NCBI RefSeq assembly: GCF_009914755.1
Contig: NC_060929.1
DNA: 64,000 bases
DNA from: the human T2T-CHM13v2.0 reference genome, Homo sapiens
Direction: 5' to 3' (one strand)
Shown: positions 59,760 through 64,000 of the stretch, one piece after another
Layout: each line of letters starts with the position of its first letter
How positions within the stretch are numbered: the stretch's first letter is position 1
Notes under the pieces: model-generated
What the model saw: the letters and a program-made list of their open reading frames with translations, nothing else
Database searches by the model: none
What the model was told of the DNA's origin: nothing
Made by a program: the position numbers and the translations under genes

Positions 59760-61775
59760 TCTGTTGAGGTATAATTGACATATGATAAAGTACAGAAATT
59801 CTAAGTGAACAGCCGTATGATTTTGACAAATATATACACCTGTGCAGTCATCCCCCTACTCAAGATATAGAGCATTTCCATCACCATAGTAAGTTTCCTC
59901 TTGCTCCTTTCTACTCAGTCCCTGTCTCATCAGAGGCAAAGACCTGTTGTTCAGATTTCTGTCACCATGGATTAGTTTAGCCAGTATTGAAAATTCAGTG
60001 GAATCACACAGTGTGCGCTCTGGTGCCTGGATTCTTTCACTCAACATAATGGTTTTGAGATTTAGCCATGTTGTGTGTACCACTAGGTTGCTTTTTTTTT
60101 TCTTTCCATAGTTAACAACTTTATTGACAATTCATCCATTAAAGTATACAACTTGATAGTTTGGGGCATATTCCATTATTAATTTTTAAAATTGTGGTGA
60201 AATATATATAACATAAAATTGTTCATTTTAACCATTGTAACCAGTGTACAGTTCAGTGGCATTTGCAATGTTGTGCAAACATTATCACTATTTCCAAAAT
60301 GTTTTTATCATCCCTCTCCCCCCAGTCCCTCTTCCTCCTCCTACCCTCTTCCCCTCAGCCCCTGATAACCTCTAACCTATTTTCTGCCTTTATGAATTTG
60401 CCTATCCTACATATTTGCATAAATAGAATCATACAATATTTGTCTTTTTGTATATGGGTAATATCACTTAGCATGATATGCTCAGTGTTCATCTATATTA
60501 TAAAATGTATCAGAATTTCCTTTTTTTAAAGGTTGAATAATATTCCATCATATGTATATACCACATTTTGCCTGTCCATTTATCTGTTGATGGACATTTG
60601 GGTATTCCATGTTTTCACTACTGTGAATAATGCTGTTAGGAACATGAGTGTACAAATCTTTGTTTCAACCTCTGCTTTAAACTCATTTGGGCATATACCT
60701 AGGAGTGGAATTACTGGACCATGTGGCAATTCTATGTTTAGCTTTCTGAGGAACAACCAAGCTATTTTCCACAGTGGCTGCACCACATTAGACTCTGACC
60801 AGCAATGCACAAGGGTTTGTTTCTTCACATCCTTACCAAACAAACACTTGTTATTTTTTTATATAGGTGTGTTTTAAATGGTAGCCATCCTGATAGGGGT
60901 GAAGTGATTTCTTATTGTGGTTTAGATGAGCATTTCTCATGACTCAGTGACTAATGATGTTGAGCATTTTTTCACAGGCTTATTCAGCATTTGTATGTCT
61001 GCATAGGCAAAGTTGCTTTTTCTGCTATCATTACTTCATTGAGAGATAATTTACATACAGTGAAATGCACAACTCTTAAGGGTGTAGTTCAGTGAATTTT
61101 CACAAATGAATATGCACATGTAAATGTCACTCAGATTAAGATATGATTCCATTACCCCAGGAAGTTCTCTTGTGCCATTTTCTAATAACCCCCTTCACAA
61201 TTTTTTATTACCATATACAGTATTAATCTTGCCTGTCCTTGGATTTCATTAAATAGAATCCAGCAGCGTGCACTTTTTGGTGTCTGGCATATTTTGTTCA
61301 ATGTAATATGCATGAGATCCACTGGCATTGCTGTGTGTATCAGGATTTTGTTCTTCTTTTGTTGCTCAGTAGTATTCCCAAGTTTGATTATAGCAGACTT
61401 TGCTTATCTAGTCTCTTGATGAATATTTGGGTTGTTTGCAATTTTGGGATATTATGGATAAAGCTGTCCTGAACATTCTTGTATACATCTTCATGTGGAT
61501 ATAGACTTTAATTTATTTTGAGAGAGTATCCGTGAATGGAGTTGCTGGCTCATAAGGTAGACATGTGTTAAACTTTAATAGAAACTGCCAGTTTCCCAGT
61601 GTGGTTCTTCCATTTTACACTCCCACCTGCTGGGAACATGAGAGTTCCACACCCTTGCCAACATTTGGTATTGTCAGTCTTTTTAATTTTAACCATTCTG
61701 GTGGGTGTATGGCGGTATCTCATTGTGGGTTTAATTTGCATTTCCCTGTGACTAACGATATCGAGCCCTTTCACA
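59760..61775 (-). mobile_element. Nested old L1M (L1MB/L1ME-like) 3' fragments
   Basis: Several restarts of L1 3'UTR in reverse, e.g. aattgtggtgaaatatatataacataaaatt; ORF2 C-terminal remnant LVHCW...[18 protein letters not shown] at 60580-60843. Confidence 0.8.
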
Positions 61776-63109
61776 TTTGGAAAAGGTTATAATTTAAATT
61801 TTGTACATTAAAAAAAAATCAAGTTAGAAGACATTAATGAACACCTGCAGAACAGACATCCCAAAGCCCAGAATGTCATGTGGAAGCCACCGCCCTGACA
61901 GCTATGAGTCAGACAGACAGATGTCAGTTTCAGTTACACCTTAAATCACAAATGAGTTGCCAACTCAGTTTAAAAAGAATAGGGTTGGGGGGCATATATT
62001 TAAAGAATATTTTGAAAATAGAAGAAAATGTGGCAAGGCTGTCTCCTCCCACACCAGCTCCCACCTGAGAGCCAGATAGTTAGCAGGAAAATCTGATCAC
62101 GCTGCTTTCTAAGACCCTGCGTGGTTCTCCACCAACTTTGGATGCACTTCAGCCTCCTCAGCCCTCGTGGAAGCCCGTCATGACCCAGAATTCCCCACTC
62201 GTCAGCTCCACGCCTTTGCACATGCTTGCCTCCCGCCTGGGACACGGTCCCTCCACCATCCCTGGCGCTGCGGACCTCCCACCATTGCTTGGCTAACGAG
62301 GCTCAACCTGGCTGGGTGCCAACTCCTCCCAGCCTGGGCAAGTTGCCAGTCATCTGTGCTCCCACCATCCTCTGGGCCGAGCCTGGCATTCTCATTGTTT
62401 ACTTCTCTGCCTCCTTCCCCAGACTGAATGTCCTGAGGGGAGGGAGTCGCATTTCAGCAATCTTTGTATTTTGAACACACAGCCAGGGACCAGTAAGCCT
62501 GCTGATGGTGAATAAATGCTCATGGGTGATGACGACAGCCAGCTGAAAGCGGTGCAGCCCTCCTCCCTGCGGGGCATGCTCTCCGTGGATGTGCTGGTTT
62601 AGTCACACACATTTTAAGTGTGACGACACCTATATATTCCTAAATCTGTAAGACAAAGTACAAGCCACAATATCTCGAGATCTGCCCTTCTCCTTTGACC
62701 ACTCCACCCCAGCCTATGACAGGGGGCTGCCATTTCCCCCCATGGGGCCAGGGATGACTCTTGGTAGAGCACCCAGGAGCTGGTGCACACGAGAACAAGA
62801 CCAGTTAGGGGGCATGTGAGGGAGTGCTGTAGGCATCCAGGCCAGGACTAGGTAAGAATTTATTTGGATTTATATATAGCAGAGACTGGGCAAGACAAGA
62901 AGGTGGGTGCATTGCCCCACTGAAAGAAAGCCAATCAAGTAAAAATGAACAAGAACACAAGCTGAGCTCTGTCCTGTGTCCCCGAAGGGGTGACTGAGCA
63001 ACCTCGGTGCCTGGGTGTAGAGATAACACCACCACTGTCCATCCCGGGGCCTCACCCAGGGCGTCAGCGGAGCATGCTCACACTTTAGGTCCTGTAGACA
63101 AAAGTAATT

Positions 63110-63207
63110 GCAGGCTCCCAGCCAGGAGCCTGGGCTGAGGCCTGAGGATCTGCATTTCTAACACGCTCCCAGGGGACGCTGATGCCGCTGGTCCTGGGAC
63201 TGCACTA
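63110..63207. mobile_element. MER5A fragment
   Basis: ggcctgaggatctgcatttctaaca.gctcccagggga.gctgatgccgctggtc. Confidence 0.75.
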
Positions 63208-63655
63208 TGAGTGGCCAAAGTCAAACCTGCGCCTGGCAGAAAACAGTAAATAGGTCGTTTGGCTCAATCATTAGCCAGGTTGTTAATTCTGCATCCATTG
63301 GTTTGGGTTGTACTAAATTAGGCCACACTTTTTGTGAGGTGGACCAGTATTTGTGCATGACAGGCCCAATATTTGTGAAAACATTGCCTTGAAAATAGTT
63401 GGAGAATTTTATTTCTCATGAATAGAACATGCTGTCGTCTGAGAGCCTGCCTCAGAGCAGCTGGCTGGGAGCCTCCGGAGTGGGAACCGCTTTGGCAGAG
63501 TAGGTAAAACATTCAAAAAGGGTTTCAAGTCTTTGAGTCTGAAACGAGTGGACAATGTAGATTCCTTTCATGAAATTGTATGCAGCATTTTGCAAGGAAC
63601 TTATAAAGCTGATCATAGTCTATAGATCCTGAAGGTCCAATTTGCTTTCCATTGA

Positions 63656-63964
<309 letters not shown>

Positions 63965-64000
63965 TGATGGTCTATTTATATTCTCCCAACTCTTTCTAGA

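Overview
Primate (human-like) genomic DNA. The only supportable protein-coding feature is the first coding exon of an ankyrin-repeat gene that I recognise from its N-terminus as ANKRD33B (ATG 25658, donor after 26023, + strand). It sits in a ~2.9 kb CpG island. The ~24 kb before it is upstream sequence and the rest of the window is intron 1. About 35 Alu/FLAM copies, old L1/L2/MIR pieces, MaLR/ERVL solo LTRs and several DNA-transposon fossils (MER5, MER8, MER20, MER30, MER45A, MER81) account for most of the ORF track, which is otherwise noise. I see no new multi-gene system. The most unusual structures are: (1) an 89-bp non-TE segment present twice in inverted orientation 3.1 kb apart, with the second copy inside a 135-bp patch bounded by 22-bp direct repeats; (2) a ~930-bp CpG-rich minisatellite full of GCGTG cores that abuts an MLT1 LTR end; (3) a twin-primed L1 with a ~3 kb gap; (4) a MER81 carrying two intact kB sites; (5) in-frame alternative splice possibilities. 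Repeat subfamily names and boundaries were assigned by eye and are approximate.
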